From contig JAZQYP010000038.1 in the NCBI GenBank assembly GCA_045633625.1, positions 16,384 to 80,383 of the forward strand: a stretch of 64,000 nt of DNA, in the 5' to 3' direction. This document shows, one piece after another, positions 47,501-55,493 of this stretch; position 1 is the stretch's first letter, and every line of letters starts with the position of its first letter. The position numbers were made by a program, and so were the translations under genes. Source of the DNA: Eubacteriales bacterium. GTDB lineage: Bacteria > Bacillota > Clostridia > Oscillospirales > CAG-272. A model generated the notes under the pieces. It ran no database searches. It had not been told where the DNA came from and saw only the letters and a list, made by a program, of their open reading frames with translations.

Positions 47501-50500
47501 CAGTGGACTTGGCGGTATCCGCGATATGACAAACGGTTATGAAACGGTTACTATCAAACCCGTTATAACTAATGCTTTCGAGTTTGTAAACTGTTCTGTT
47601 GACACCGTTCGCGGAACGCTTACAAGTAACTGGAAAATAGAAAATGGTACGACTATTATGGAGATCGTTATCCCCGTAGGTACAACCTCGACCGTATATT
47701 TCCCGACTACAAATACAGCAGAAATTTTTGCAAACGGAGTTGCTCTTGCATCTCACGAGGGAATATCGGATGTTTCAGTTGACGGAGAATACGTAAAGGC
47801 TACCGTTGAAAGCGGAAGCTATACTTTTACACTTGACGCTCCCGAAAAGATGCTTCCCACAGTTGACGGTCTGATTTGTGAAAACGAGTACGCGTGGACG
47901 TCGGGAAAGTACGACAGAAACGTAACTGTTGACGGTGAATTCTACACTGTAACCGCCTACAACGATACTCAAATTCTCACGTCTCAGTTCTGGATGGATT
48001 ATGACGATGAATACCTTTATATCGCATATCGCGACAGAGTTCCCGGATATAAATCAGGACTCATTCTTGATCTTTATCCTAACCCCAAGGCAGGTGTTAA
48101 GGATCAGCTGACGATTGAGCTTTCATTCTCACGTGCGGTGGGTGAGAGCCAATATGCAGAGTATGACGATATAACTATAGCTGTTTATCAGTACGTTGAT
48201 AACGTTAAAAATAACCGAGTCACGCTGAATGCCGACGATTATATCGTAGATTCTGCGCGTTCGTGGCGCGATGACAACATAAAAAACAACAATAGCATTG
48301 AGCTTAAAATCAGCCGCGCAGCTCTTGCGTCATACGCAAAATCAACTTCGCTTGATAGTCTTGGTTTAAGAGGATTTATTACATCCGGAGCAAGTGCGGG
48401 ATACTACCCCGAAGCATGCTTTGGAGATAAAGGCTCTACCGTATTCCCGAATTATCTCCATGCCCATATCGGATACCATATATTCGGACTCAAAGAGCTC
48501 GATTCTATGGATCTTGGTGACTACGGACAAAAGAAGCTGGTTATAGGAAATGCTACTAAGGCAACCGCTGACGGTGTTGTAAAGAGCGATGAATATAGCT
48601 TCTCGCTCCTTGCAAAGAAGACAGAGGATGCTGCAAACACTTATTTCCACACAGCTAACGCTGCAACGTTTGCCAACACGGAATATGTGAATTTCCATAT
48701 TGGTGCAGACGAGAATAACATTTACATTGCGGCAGAGCAACAGGATTCGGATCTTGCCGCTTGGGCGAATGGTCTTTACATAAAGCTTGGCGCGAATCGA
48801 TCCTCCACAGATATTCCGATTCGAATCTATTTGGCATACTTAAATGAGCAAAAGCAACATACTCCCGAGATAGCTACTCCCGAGGCTTCTTTCGTGGCGT
48901 CTAATTATTATTCGTCACATATAGCCAAGGCAAACACCGAGACAAAGGTTATAACGTACGAGATAGTGCTCAACAGGAAGCATATCGCAAAGGTTTTGGG
49001 TGTAGAGGATACCGATGATCTGCTTATTGCTATTTCTCAAAAGACGAATAATAGCAATGGAATGTTCGTTCTTGGCTTCCAAAGCTCTTCTATTCCTTCC
49101 GATTACGTTTACACCGATTTTCCTGTATACGGATATCCTCACGTGCTCGATATGAGTGCTCTCAATGTGTGCGTTCACGATTTTGATAACGGAGCCGTCA
49201 AAAAGGAGGCAACGTGCTGGAGCAAGGGAATTATGCTCTATTCTTGCGAGCTTTGCGGTGAGGAGAGGGAAGAAATAATTCAACCCTTGACACATGAAGA
49301 GATAACTCTTCCCGCAATCCCTGTTTCTTGTACAGAGCCGGGTCTTACCGAAGGAAAAGCTTGTAGAGTATGCTTTGCGGATATTGTAGAGCAGCAAGAG
49401 ATATTGAGCGAAGGACATACCTATGAGGATGATTACGACTCTACCTGTAACGTTTGCGGAGAAACAAGAAGCATAACGTCAGCGCAAGTTAATACTTCGG
49501 GTGGCTCTGCGTCAATAGATGTCTTCGGATGCTACGTTCTCAATGAGGCACCGAATGTGATTTCTGTAAGTATTAATTGGGAGGATATGGAAGTATTTAC
49601 TTATGTGGTAAATGCTGAATGGAATTCGACAAATTACACTGAAGAAAAAACGAAAGGTGAATGGAAAATTTCTCCTGTTAAGATAGATATTGTTAATCAC
49701 TCAAATCAGAAGATAGGTGCAAAGCTTGATTTTACACCCGTGGAGGATACAACGGATGTTTACGGAATCAAGGGTAAATTTATCCTGTCGAACGTTTCGA
49801 GTAAAGAAGAGCTTGATGCGGTAAAGGCTGTAACTTCTATTGAATTGGCGAGCGCAGCTAAAAATAATGCGGCAGTGAGCCAGACGGTATATTTCCAGAT
49901 CACAGACGGCACGCTTACTTCTGATATAAACGAGACGATACTTGGAAACATAACCGTTACTATATCTGCTCTCGGCAACGATTCCGAGGACGAAAAGATT
50001 GCAGAGTATGAACGGTATCTTGAAACTGTAACATATCTTGATTTTGAGCTTACAGGCTCGCACAAGCCCTACTACATGGGCAGATGGTTTGCAAAAGAGC
50101 TTAGAGGCGTAGACTATATGGCAACTCTCACGGACGGAAGTCTATTGTATTTCCTTGTTGACGGTGCGGAGAGCTTTGACCTTGACTTTTACGTAAATAC
50201 CACAAGCTTTACTCCTTATTTTGCTTATTCCATTGATGGCGGAGCACCCGTAAGACAGCTTATTACCGATAAGACTGTATATCTGCCCGACACGGGTAAG
50301 CATACGGTAAGAATAATCGCTGACGGAATGGATGAGAGCGAGGGTAAGTGGAATTATGAAAAGGGATTTTACCTCAAGTCTGTTACTGCCTCCGAGGGCG
50401 GAGAAATTCGCGGAATAAAGCCTACCAATAAGACGATCTTCTACTTTGGTGACAGTATTACAGAGGGAGTATATGCGCTTGAGGCCGGTCCCATAGGAAA

Positions 50501-50996
50501 TAGCGCTACCAATTCCTATCCTTGGCATTGCTCAGAGAAGCTCGGCGCGGTTACTTATAGCGTTGGTTACGGTGGATCGGGAGTTACGACGACGGGTTCG
50601 TTCAACACCTTTATAAACGCTATCGACTATATAAGTGCTCATAGAGAGGTTACAGACGGCATAACACCCGACGTGATCGTTATAAATCACGGCACAAATG
50701 ACTATGGAAAGACAACAACAGAGGCATTTTATGTGGGACTTAAGGAAGCGATCGACAGACTCCGCGAAAAGTATCCTGATACGCCTATCGTTTATATGAT
50801 TCCTTTCTCAGGGCGTATGGCTGGTGACATCAGAATTGTCATTGCCGAGTATGAAAATGCCTACGTCGTTGAAACCACAGGCTGGGACATCTCCTTGACT
50901 GATAGCTTCCATCCTAATGCCGAGGGCGCAAAGAAGGCTGGAGAAAAGCTTGCAGATGCACTTGTGTCTATATTCGGAGAGGAGTTCTTTGAATAA
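44520..50996 (+). CDS. Giant (2158 aa) secreted multidomain enzyme: GH78 rhamnosidase, two CBM9-like modules, a Cys-rich module, a beta-sandwich region and a C-terminal SGNH/GDSL esterase
   Basis: The N-terminal roughly 1010 aa are colinear with the upstream GH78 (for example RLPEMATGWA, FSYKGYEYIQISGY). The C-terminus has SGNH blocks FYFGDSITEG, GYGGSG, INHGTNDY and DSFHPN. Confidence 0.9.
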   Translation: MKNTRRILSVLLIVSLILGPISIFIPVSAAESAITVSDLKVNSIDTPLGIDTTPVFSWINNASGYGRAQSAYQIIVSSSYKNAVSHTGDMWDSGKTSGSTNYDIAYAGTALESRTVYFYSVRVWDENDTASEWSDIARFETGIIDDAEWTAEWIGALKNTIPEGETYDLEGANWIWNGTKTDGKYPASNPWFMTSFNVSTAKTVRSAYMTAAFYDYGIVYVNSVYTAEKVENWKNTKQARIVDITDVVTSGTNYIVASCGNKNAGDAGFIAKVYINYTDGTQDVFYTDDTWKVRASDPSTAWWADQFNDSEWSNATVIGEYGCSPWGTTVTVDYDNLQFADSAPMLRKTFNVEKEVLRARAYVIGLGLFEMTVNGTLPDDTVLNPVDSLYEAREFVQNSGTVRYRVFDVTKLLNAGENAVAIELAGGYYDCEEVVAVDWNNAAWRDDPTARMELLIEYTDGTSETIITDESWKSYTNGPTTRYTVFCGEVYDARNEVDDWQLANFDDSSWKGVRVMEAPYADILYQTIEPMRKVKSFAPLSVTKHDNGTYIVRLPEMATGWASIAFDAPAGTLIKISYAERLNKDNGNIKVPLSGSDHLLQTDVYVCSGEAGETYEPKFSYKGYEYIQISGYTGELTVDDITCYVVATDVEQTGSFETSSEFVNELHELMLRTMVNNMQGKPTDTPVYEKLGWTGDFNVAMDTFNYNFNTINFTGNFLHNLRDTGKPDGHLNEYAPSPIISGWNGPVWTQMYVKGIYEAWKVYGQLSLSVEHYDYMRAQAQYNITQIGDNWIWEDNGSSLTLGDWASPNGGTSPDEGGMICNTAAVYNGLRMLAEIADELGKTADAAEYRSAAANIYTAFNTKFYNATKGYYETGYWGGSTSRNQYRQTSNLVPLAYGLCPEEYRESVVNNLIEQIKKNGFHLDTGCIGTELLLPFLCDEGYEDVAIAILLQDTYPSWGYYLAEGSTTLWEMYKDSGIRSYDHYFLGTYDEWFYSGLGGIRDMTNGYETVTIKPVITNAFEFVNCSVDTVRGTLTSNWKIENGTTIMEIVIPVGTTSTVYFPTTNTAEIFANGVALASHEGISDVSVDGEYVKATVESGSYTFTLDAPEKMLPTVDGLICENEYAWTSGKYDRNVTVDGEFYTVTAYNDTQILTSQFWMDYDDEYLYIAYRDRVPGYKSGLILDLYPNPKAGVKDQLTIELSFSRAVGESQYAEYDDITIAVYQYVDNVKNNRVTLNADDYIVDSARSWRDDNIKNNNSIELKISRAALASYAKSTSLDSLGLRGFITSGASAGYYPEACFGDKGSTVFPNYLHAHIGYHIFGLKELDSMDLGDYGQKKLVIGNATKATADGVVKSDEYSFSLLAKKTEDAANTYFHTANAATFANTEYVNFHIGADENNIYIAAEQQDSDLAAWANGLYIKLGANRSSTDIPIRIYLAYLNEQKQHTPEIATPEASFVASNYYSSHIAKANTETKVITYEIVLNRKHIAKVLGVEDTDDLLIAISQKTNNSNGMFVLGFQSSSIPSDYVYTDFPVYGYPHVLDMSALNVCVHDFDNGAVKKEATCWSKGIMLYSCELCGEEREEIIQPLTHEEITLPAIPVSCTEPGLTEGKACRVCFADIVEQQEILSEGHTYEDDYDSTCNVCGETRSITSAQVNTSGGSASIDVFGCYVLNEAPNVISVSINWEDMEVFTYVVNAEWNSTNYTEEKTKGEWKISPVKIDIVNHSNQKIGAKLDFTPVEDTTDVYGIKGKFILSNVSSKEELDAVKAVTSIELASAAKNNAAVSQTVYFQITDGTLTSDINETILGNITVTISALGNDSEDEKIAEYERYLETVTYLDFELTGSHKPYYMGRWFAKELRGVDYMATLTDGSLLYFLVDGAESFDLDFYVNTTSFTPYFAYSIDGGAPVRQLITDKTVYLPDTGKHTVRIIADGMDESEGKWNYEKGFYLKSVTASEGGEIRGIKPTNKTIFYFGDSITEGVYALEAGPIGNSATNSYPWHCSEKLGAVTYSVGYGGSGVTTTGSFNTFINAIDYISAHREVTDGITPDVIVINHGTNDYGKTTTEAFYVGLKEAIDRLREKYPDTPIVYMIPFSGRMAGDIRIVIAEYENAYVVETTGWDISLTDSFHPNAEGAKKAGEKLADALVSIFGEEFFE
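50004..50996 (+). repeat. Duplicated module, copy 1 (C-terminal beta-sandwich plus SGNH domain of the giant ORF)
   Basis: Long identical peptide runs are shared with 51183-52181: VTYLDFELTGS, YMATLTDGSLLYF, GKHTVRIIADGMDESEGKW, NSATNSYPWHCSEKLGAVTYSVGYGGSGVT, DSFHPNAEGAKKAGEKLADALV. Confidence 0.9.
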
Positions 50997-51032
50997 TCTC
51001 AGAGAGCACTAAATAAGTTAGGACGCTTGATT

Positions 51033-52181
51033 ATGATGAAAAAAATATTAGTGATTGTAATGACACTCAGTATTTTGGTATCCTTTTGCGCTTGTCGGTC
51101 AAATACCGACAGCGCAGAGGATATAGGTGAAACACAGATGAAAGAAACACTTGAAACAATGTCTGCTGAAGAGATAAGAATGACGGAATATACCGAATAT
51201 CTGAGTAGTGTGACATATCTTGATTTTGAATTAACAGGATCGAATGAGCCATATTATATGGGAAGATGGTTTGAAAAAAGTCTTCGCGGTGAAAAATACA
51301 TGGCAACGCTTACTGACGGCAGTCTTTTGTATTTCCTTATAGACGGTGCCGAGAGCTTTGATGTGATATTTTATGAGAATACTACCATTTATACACCATA
51401 TTTTGCCTACTCGATTGACGGTGGAGAGCCTGTAAGGCAACTGATCACCGATAAGACTGTGATGCTTCCCGATGCTGGCAAGCATACCGTAAGAATAATT
51501 GCTGACGGTATGGATGAGAGTGAAGGGAAATGGAAATATGAAAAGGGCTTTTGTCTTAGTGATATAATTCCTTCAGAGGGAGGATCAATATTAGGGATAA
51601 AACCCAAAAATAAGGTCATATTCTACTTTGGAGACAGCATAACCGAAGGCATCTACGCACTTGAAGCAAGTCCTCTTGGTAACAGTGCCACAAACTCTTA
51701 TCCGTGGCATTGCTCAGAAAAGCTTGGCGCGGTTACTTACAGCGTAGGATACGGAGGATCGGGGGTCACAAGAGAGGGTTCCTTTAATACCTTTATTATG
51801 GCTATTGATCACATAAGCGCGAACCGAGAAGTGTCGGATGGCATTATGCCCGACGTCATAGTTATAAATCACGGCACGAACGATTATGGCAGAGCTACCG
51901 ATAAGGAATTTGTCGAGGGACTCAAACTTGCCCTTGACCGGTTGCGTGAAAAGTATCCCGAAACACCAATAGTGTATATGGTTCCGTTCTCACAGCGAAA
52001 TGCGAGAAATATCATTAACTTAATTCCTACCTATGAAAACGCCTACTTTGTTAAAACAAATTCGTGGGGAATTAGCTGTACCGACAGCTTTCATCCAAAC
52101 GCTGAGGGCGCAAAGAAAGCAGGCGAGAAGCTTGCGGATGCACTTGTCGATATATTTGGCGAGGAGTTCTTTAATAATTAA
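51033..52181 (+). CDS. SGNH/GDSL esterase lipoprotein (stand-alone copy of the giant enzyme's C-terminal module)
   Basis: Lipoprotein-type signal (LVSFCAC), then sequence colinear with residues about 1830-2158 of the upstream ORF, with SGNH blocks conserved. Confidence 0.87.
   Translation: MMKKILVIVMTLSILVSFCACRSNTDSAEDIGETQMKETLETMSAEEIRMTEYTEYLSSVTYLDFELTGSNEPYYMGRWFEKSLRGEKYMATLTDGSLLYFLIDGAESFDVIFYENTTIYTPYFAYSIDGGEPVRQLITDKTVMLPDAGKHTVRIIADGMDESEGKWKYEKGFCLSDIIPSEGGSILGIKPKNKVIFYFGDSITEGIYALEASPLGNSATNSYPWHCSEKLGAVTYSVGYGGSGVTREGSFNTFIMAIDHISANREVSDGIMPDVIVINHGTNDYGRATDKEFVEGLKLALDRLREKYPETPIVYMVPFSQRNARNIINLIPTYENAYFVKTNSWGISCTDSFHPNAEGAKKAGEKLADALVDIFGEEFFNN
51183..52181 (+). repeat. 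Duplicated module, copy 2
   Basis: See 50004-50996. Confidence 0.9.
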
Positions 52182-52232
52182 AAGCAATACTTGATGAGTT
52201 AACCTTTTCGAAAGAGTGGATGGACAAAACTA

Positions 52233-52270
52233 CAAACATAGGGTGTCGCAAATGCGACACCCTATGTTTG
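52233..52270. terminator. Long perfect hairpin after the esterase gene (possible terminator, no U-tract)
   Basis: 17-bp stem caaacatagggtgtcgc / gcgacaccctatgtttg with loop aaat. Confidence 0.45.
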
Positions 52271-52559
52271 CGTCATAAAGAGCTTTAAGAAAAGTTTAAT
52301 TATTTAATTTTTAAGGTGTTGCAAAAAATGAGTTAATATGATATAATAAAGTGTTAAAAATTATTCGTATAAAGTTTAAGGAGTAAATTTATTATGAAGC
52401 TTGGAATAGCTGATTGACCAGCTTTTTCGGCTGTTTTCATATATCTCCTTAAATCTCTATAAAGCCTTATACAGTAAGGGTTTGTGACTGTTTTTCTCTA
52501 TCATCGCAAAAACGTGATTTATATAAAAATCTATGTAACTTTATATAAATCCACGCCAA

Positions 52560-52597
52560 AATGGTGTAAAAAATGGTGTAAATAAAAATGGTGTAAA
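52560..52597 (+). repeat. Three direct repeats of ATGGTGTAAA
   Basis: Exact 10-mers at 52561-52570, 52573-52582 and 52588-52597. Confidence 0.85.
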
Positions 52598-52617
52598 AGG
52601 CACTCAGTGTAACGAAG

Positions 52618-52660
52618 ACAAGGCGCTCGAGCATATGTTCGGGCGCCTTGTTTTATTTTA
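52618..52660 (+). terminator. Orphan terminator hairpin (near-copy of 25311-25350)
   Basis: caaggcgctcga gcatatgt tcgggcgccttg followed by TTTTATTTT. There is no upstream + strand ORF within about 430 bp. Confidence 0.55.
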
Positions 52661-52749
52661 AGTTAAAATTTAGAGATATGGCTGACTCAAAAGTGCTTCC
52701 ATTAAAAATGGTTTTATGGGTATTTTCCGCACTATTCGGCAATAACACC

Positions 52750-52778
52750 TTGCTTTCTACAAGTTTTTATGATATACT
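52750..52778 (+). promoter_or_regulatory. Candidate promoter of the HTH/R-M cassette
   Basis: TTGCTT (52750-52755), 17-nt spacer, TATACT (52773-52778). RBS AGGAG lies 9 nt before the ATG at 52816. Confidence 0.35.
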
Positions 52779-52815
52779 AAAACAGTATAATTCTATCTAA
52801 TAGGAGAGTTGTAAA

Positions 52816-53010
52816 ATGCAAGAGATGAATCAAATGCCAGAACGATGGTTTTCGACAAAGGAAATGTGTGCCTACCTCGGCGTAACACGTGACACTTTGC
52901 TTACATGGATAAATGAAAAGGGAATGCCAGCGCACAAGGTCGGCCGTGGTTGGAAGTATAAGCCCAGCGAGGTCGATGAGTGGATCAAGAGCGGAAAGGC
53001 GGCTGAATAA
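52816..53010 (+). CDS. Excisionase/MerR-type helix-turn-helix DNA-binding protein
   Basis: 64 aa. STKEMCAYLGVTRDTLLTWINEKGMPAHKVGRGWKYKPSEVDEWI fits the excisionase-family HTH pattern (..L.V...T.Y.W...G..P..K.G..W.....E...W.). Confidence 0.75.
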   Translation: MQEMNQMPERWFSTKEMCAYLGVTRDTLLTWINEKGMPAHKVGRGWKYKPSEVDEWIKSGKAAE

Positions 53011-53723
53011 TGACAGAAGCAACGGTAGAAATACTTACAAGTATTATTTCAAGTGTTTTGGGTGGATTGGTTGGCGGTCTTTTTACCTTTCTTGGAGTAA
53101 AAATGACAATTAACCACGAGGAGAAAAAAGAAAGACGAGCAAAAGAAGAATTGATTTTGCAAAGTCGTCCTAGATTGGATATAGTGGATTTCTTTGAAAT
53201 TGACAAATATACAACTAGTTCAAAAGCAGACGAAAGTCTTATAATTGCAACCATTGAAGAGTTTGATAATGGTCAATTTATGTATGACGACGAAATTCTT
53301 AATGAAGAAAAATGGGCTTCGGTAGAATATATTTTGAAGAATATTGGTTCAACAGAAATTGATCATATGTATTTTTCAACCAATTATATGAAAACCACCT
53401 CTGTGTTTGACAATTTCGGTATTTATGGTAGACACTTCCCTGAGAAAAATATGTTGAATTATTCTGTTTATTCTAACAGGAAAATAAAACCCAGAGAAAC
53501 TTTTTGCTTGCAGATAAATTTTCTTGATGATAAAATTATTGCTTCACAGGTTCGTGCTTTGATGACGATTTGGTTAGTAGATATAAATGGTAATTGGTGG
53601 AAACAACAATTGTTCGCTCCTTATAAACAGATTGACAATTCTCTTAAAACAGCGCATAAAGAATGGTATGATTCTGTTAATCAAGCAGAAGAAACCAGAT
53701 GTTATTTTTATCCTGTAGAATGA
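53010..53723 (+). CDS. Uncharacterised 237-aa single-pass membrane protein
   Basis: N-terminal TM helix (ILTSIISSVLGGLVGGLFTFLGV), then a charged linker and a soluble domain. The start overlaps the HTH stop (TAATG). No family recognised. Confidence 0.7.
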   Translation: MTEATVEILTSIISSVLGGLVGGLFTFLGVKMTINHEEKKERRAKEELILQSRPRLDIVDFFEIDKYTTSSKADESLIIATIEEFDNGQFMYDDEILNEEKWASVEYILKNIGSTEIDHMYFSTNYMKTTSVFDNFGIYGRHFPEKNMLNYSVYSNRKIKPRETFCLQINFLDDKIIASQVRALMTIWLVDINGNWWKQQLFAPYKQIDNSLKTAHKEWYDSVNQAEETRCYFYPVE

Positions 53724-53753
53724 TAAATATAACTTACGAAAGAGAGAAACAAG

Positions 53754-55493
53754 ATGACAGATAAAGAATTAAAGAAACTGAAAGACGACCTTTGGCACTC
53801 GGCGGACGTGCTTCGTTCAAGTGCGCATTTGGCGGCAAATAAATACGGTCAACCCATTCTTGGCTTGATCTTTCTTCGCTATGCAGATATTCTCTACAAG
53901 CAGCACAAGGACGAGATTGAGGCAGAATTTAAGAAATACGAAGGCACTCGTATGGAAAAATCCATTAAGGAAATCTCCATTGAAAAATGCGGCTTCTATC
54001 TGCCCGAGTGCGCTTACTATGATACCATCAATAATGCGCCCGATACGGCAGAAAAAGCGAAGCTTGTAAAGCTTGCGATGGAAGCAATAGAGGAATACAA
54101 TCCTAAGCTTGCAGGCGTCCTTCCCAAAGAAGTGTATGCAGGGCTTGTTCCCGACGAAGAACCCGAGCTGCTTTCCCGTATCGTTAAGATTTTCAAGGAT
54201 ATCCCCGAGAATATCAGCATCGATCTTTTCGGTGAGATTTACGAATACTTCCTCGGCAACTTCGCACTTGCCGAAGGCAAGGACGGCGGAACATTCTATA
54301 CACCTGCAACCGTTGTTCGTTATATGGTAGAGGTATTGCAACCCGAAGCGGGTGCTGAAAAGAAGTTCCTCGACCCTGCTTGCGGTTCGGGCGGTATGTT
54401 CGTGCAGGCGGCGAGATATATGCACAAGCACAACGCAAGCGCATCGGCTATGATGAATTTCCGTTGTTATGGTGTAGAAAAAGAACCCGATACGGTAAAG
54501 CTCGCAAAGATGAATCTGCTTCTTAACAACGTGCGCGGAGAGATTACCGAAGCCAACTCTTTCTATGCCGATCCTTACAACGCCTTTGAACAGTTTGACT
54601 ACGTTATGGCAAATCCGCCCTTCAACGTAGATGAGGTTGTTTACGAAAAGGTAAAGGACGATAACCGTTTCAATACTTACGGTGTGCCGAGAAATAAGTC
54701 TAAGTCCACCAAGAAGGAATCCGACAAGAAAGAAACTGTACCGAACGCAAACTATCTGTGGATCGGATATTTTGCGGCGGCGCTGAATTGGCAAGGCAAA
54801 GCAGCACTCGTTATGGCAAACTCTGCATCCGATGCAGGCGGTAGTGAATACGAGATCCGCAAGAAAATGATTGAGGACGGCATTATCAGTCAGATGGTAA
54901 CGCTTCCGTCCAATATGTTCTCGTCGGTTACACTTCCCGCAACACTTTGGTTCTTTAACAAAGCAAAAACGGAAACAGAAAAGCGCGATGAGATCCTGTT
55001 CGTTGATGCGAGAAACGTTTTTACACAGGTTGACAGAGCGCATAGAAAGTTTACCGACGAACAGATCAAAAATCTCGGCATCATTACCCGTCTTTACGAG
55101 GGCGATACCGAGGCGTTTGCCGCATTGATCGCAGAATATAAGTCTGAAATGGAAGTTGCTCCCGAGGTTGCCGAGGACAAGGATACCAAAACGAAAGCGT
55201 ATTGGCAGGAGCAGATGGAATGGCTGACAAGCCGTTTCCCCGACGGCGTTTACCGTGATGTAGTGGGTCTTTGTAAGGTTGCCAAAATTGAGGGCGAGGA
55301 CGGAATTAAAGATCAGGACTATTCGCTCAATCCCGGACGCTACGTTGGTGTAGTCATCGAGGATGACGGAATGACCGCAGATGAGTTTAAGGCAGAAATG
55401 CTGTCTCTTAATGATGAGCTTGCGAAGTTGAATGATGAGGCGCGCGAGCTCGAAACTAAAATTTCAGACAACTTAAAAGGATTATTTGAATGA
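53754..55493 (+). CDS. hsdM: Type I restriction-modification system, methyltransferase subunit
   Basis: HsdM_N-like N-terminus (LWHSADVLRS), AdoMet motif I LDPACGSGGMF and catalytic motif IV VMANPPFN. Confidence 0.95.
   Translation: MTDKELKKLKDDLWHSADVLRSSAHLAANKYGQPILGLIFLRYADILYKQHKDEIEAEFKKYEGTRMEKSIKEISIEKCGFYLPECAYYDTINNAPDTAEKAKLVKLAMEAIEEYNPKLAGVLPKEVYAGLVPDEEPELLSRIVKIFKDIPENISIDLFGEIYEYFLGNFALAEGKDGGTFYTPATVVRYMVEVLQPEAGAEKKFLDPACGSGGMFVQAARYMHKHNASASAMMNFRCYGVEKEPDTVKLAKMNLLLNNVRGEITEANSFYADPYNAFEQFDYVMANPPFNVDEVVYEKVKDDNRFNTYGVPRNKSKSTKKESDKKETVPNANYLWIGYFAAALNWQGKAALVMANSASDAGGSEYEIRKKMIEDGIISQMVTLPSNMFSSVTLPATLWFFNKAKTETEKRDEILFVDARNVFTQVDRAHRKFTDEQIKNLGIITRLYEGDTEAFAALIAEYKSEMEVAPEVAEDKDTKTKAYWQEQMEWLTSRFPDGVYRDVVGLCKVAKIEGEDGIKDQDYSLNPGRYVGVVIEDDGMTADEFKAEMLSLNDELAKLNDEARELETKISDNLKGLFE

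Noticed and set aside
52354-52440. 27-codon minus-strand ORF with good RBS (MKTAEKAGQSAIPSFIINLLLKLYTNNF)
   Set aside because: It is too short and unsupported to call as a gene. I mention it only as a possible stump of a disrupted gene at the island boundary.
53817-55043. 408-aa minus-strand ORF inside hsdM
   Set aside because: The + frame carries the canonical methyltransferase motifs (LDPACGSGGMF, NPPF). The antisense frame is Cys/Arg/Phe-rich with no motifs.
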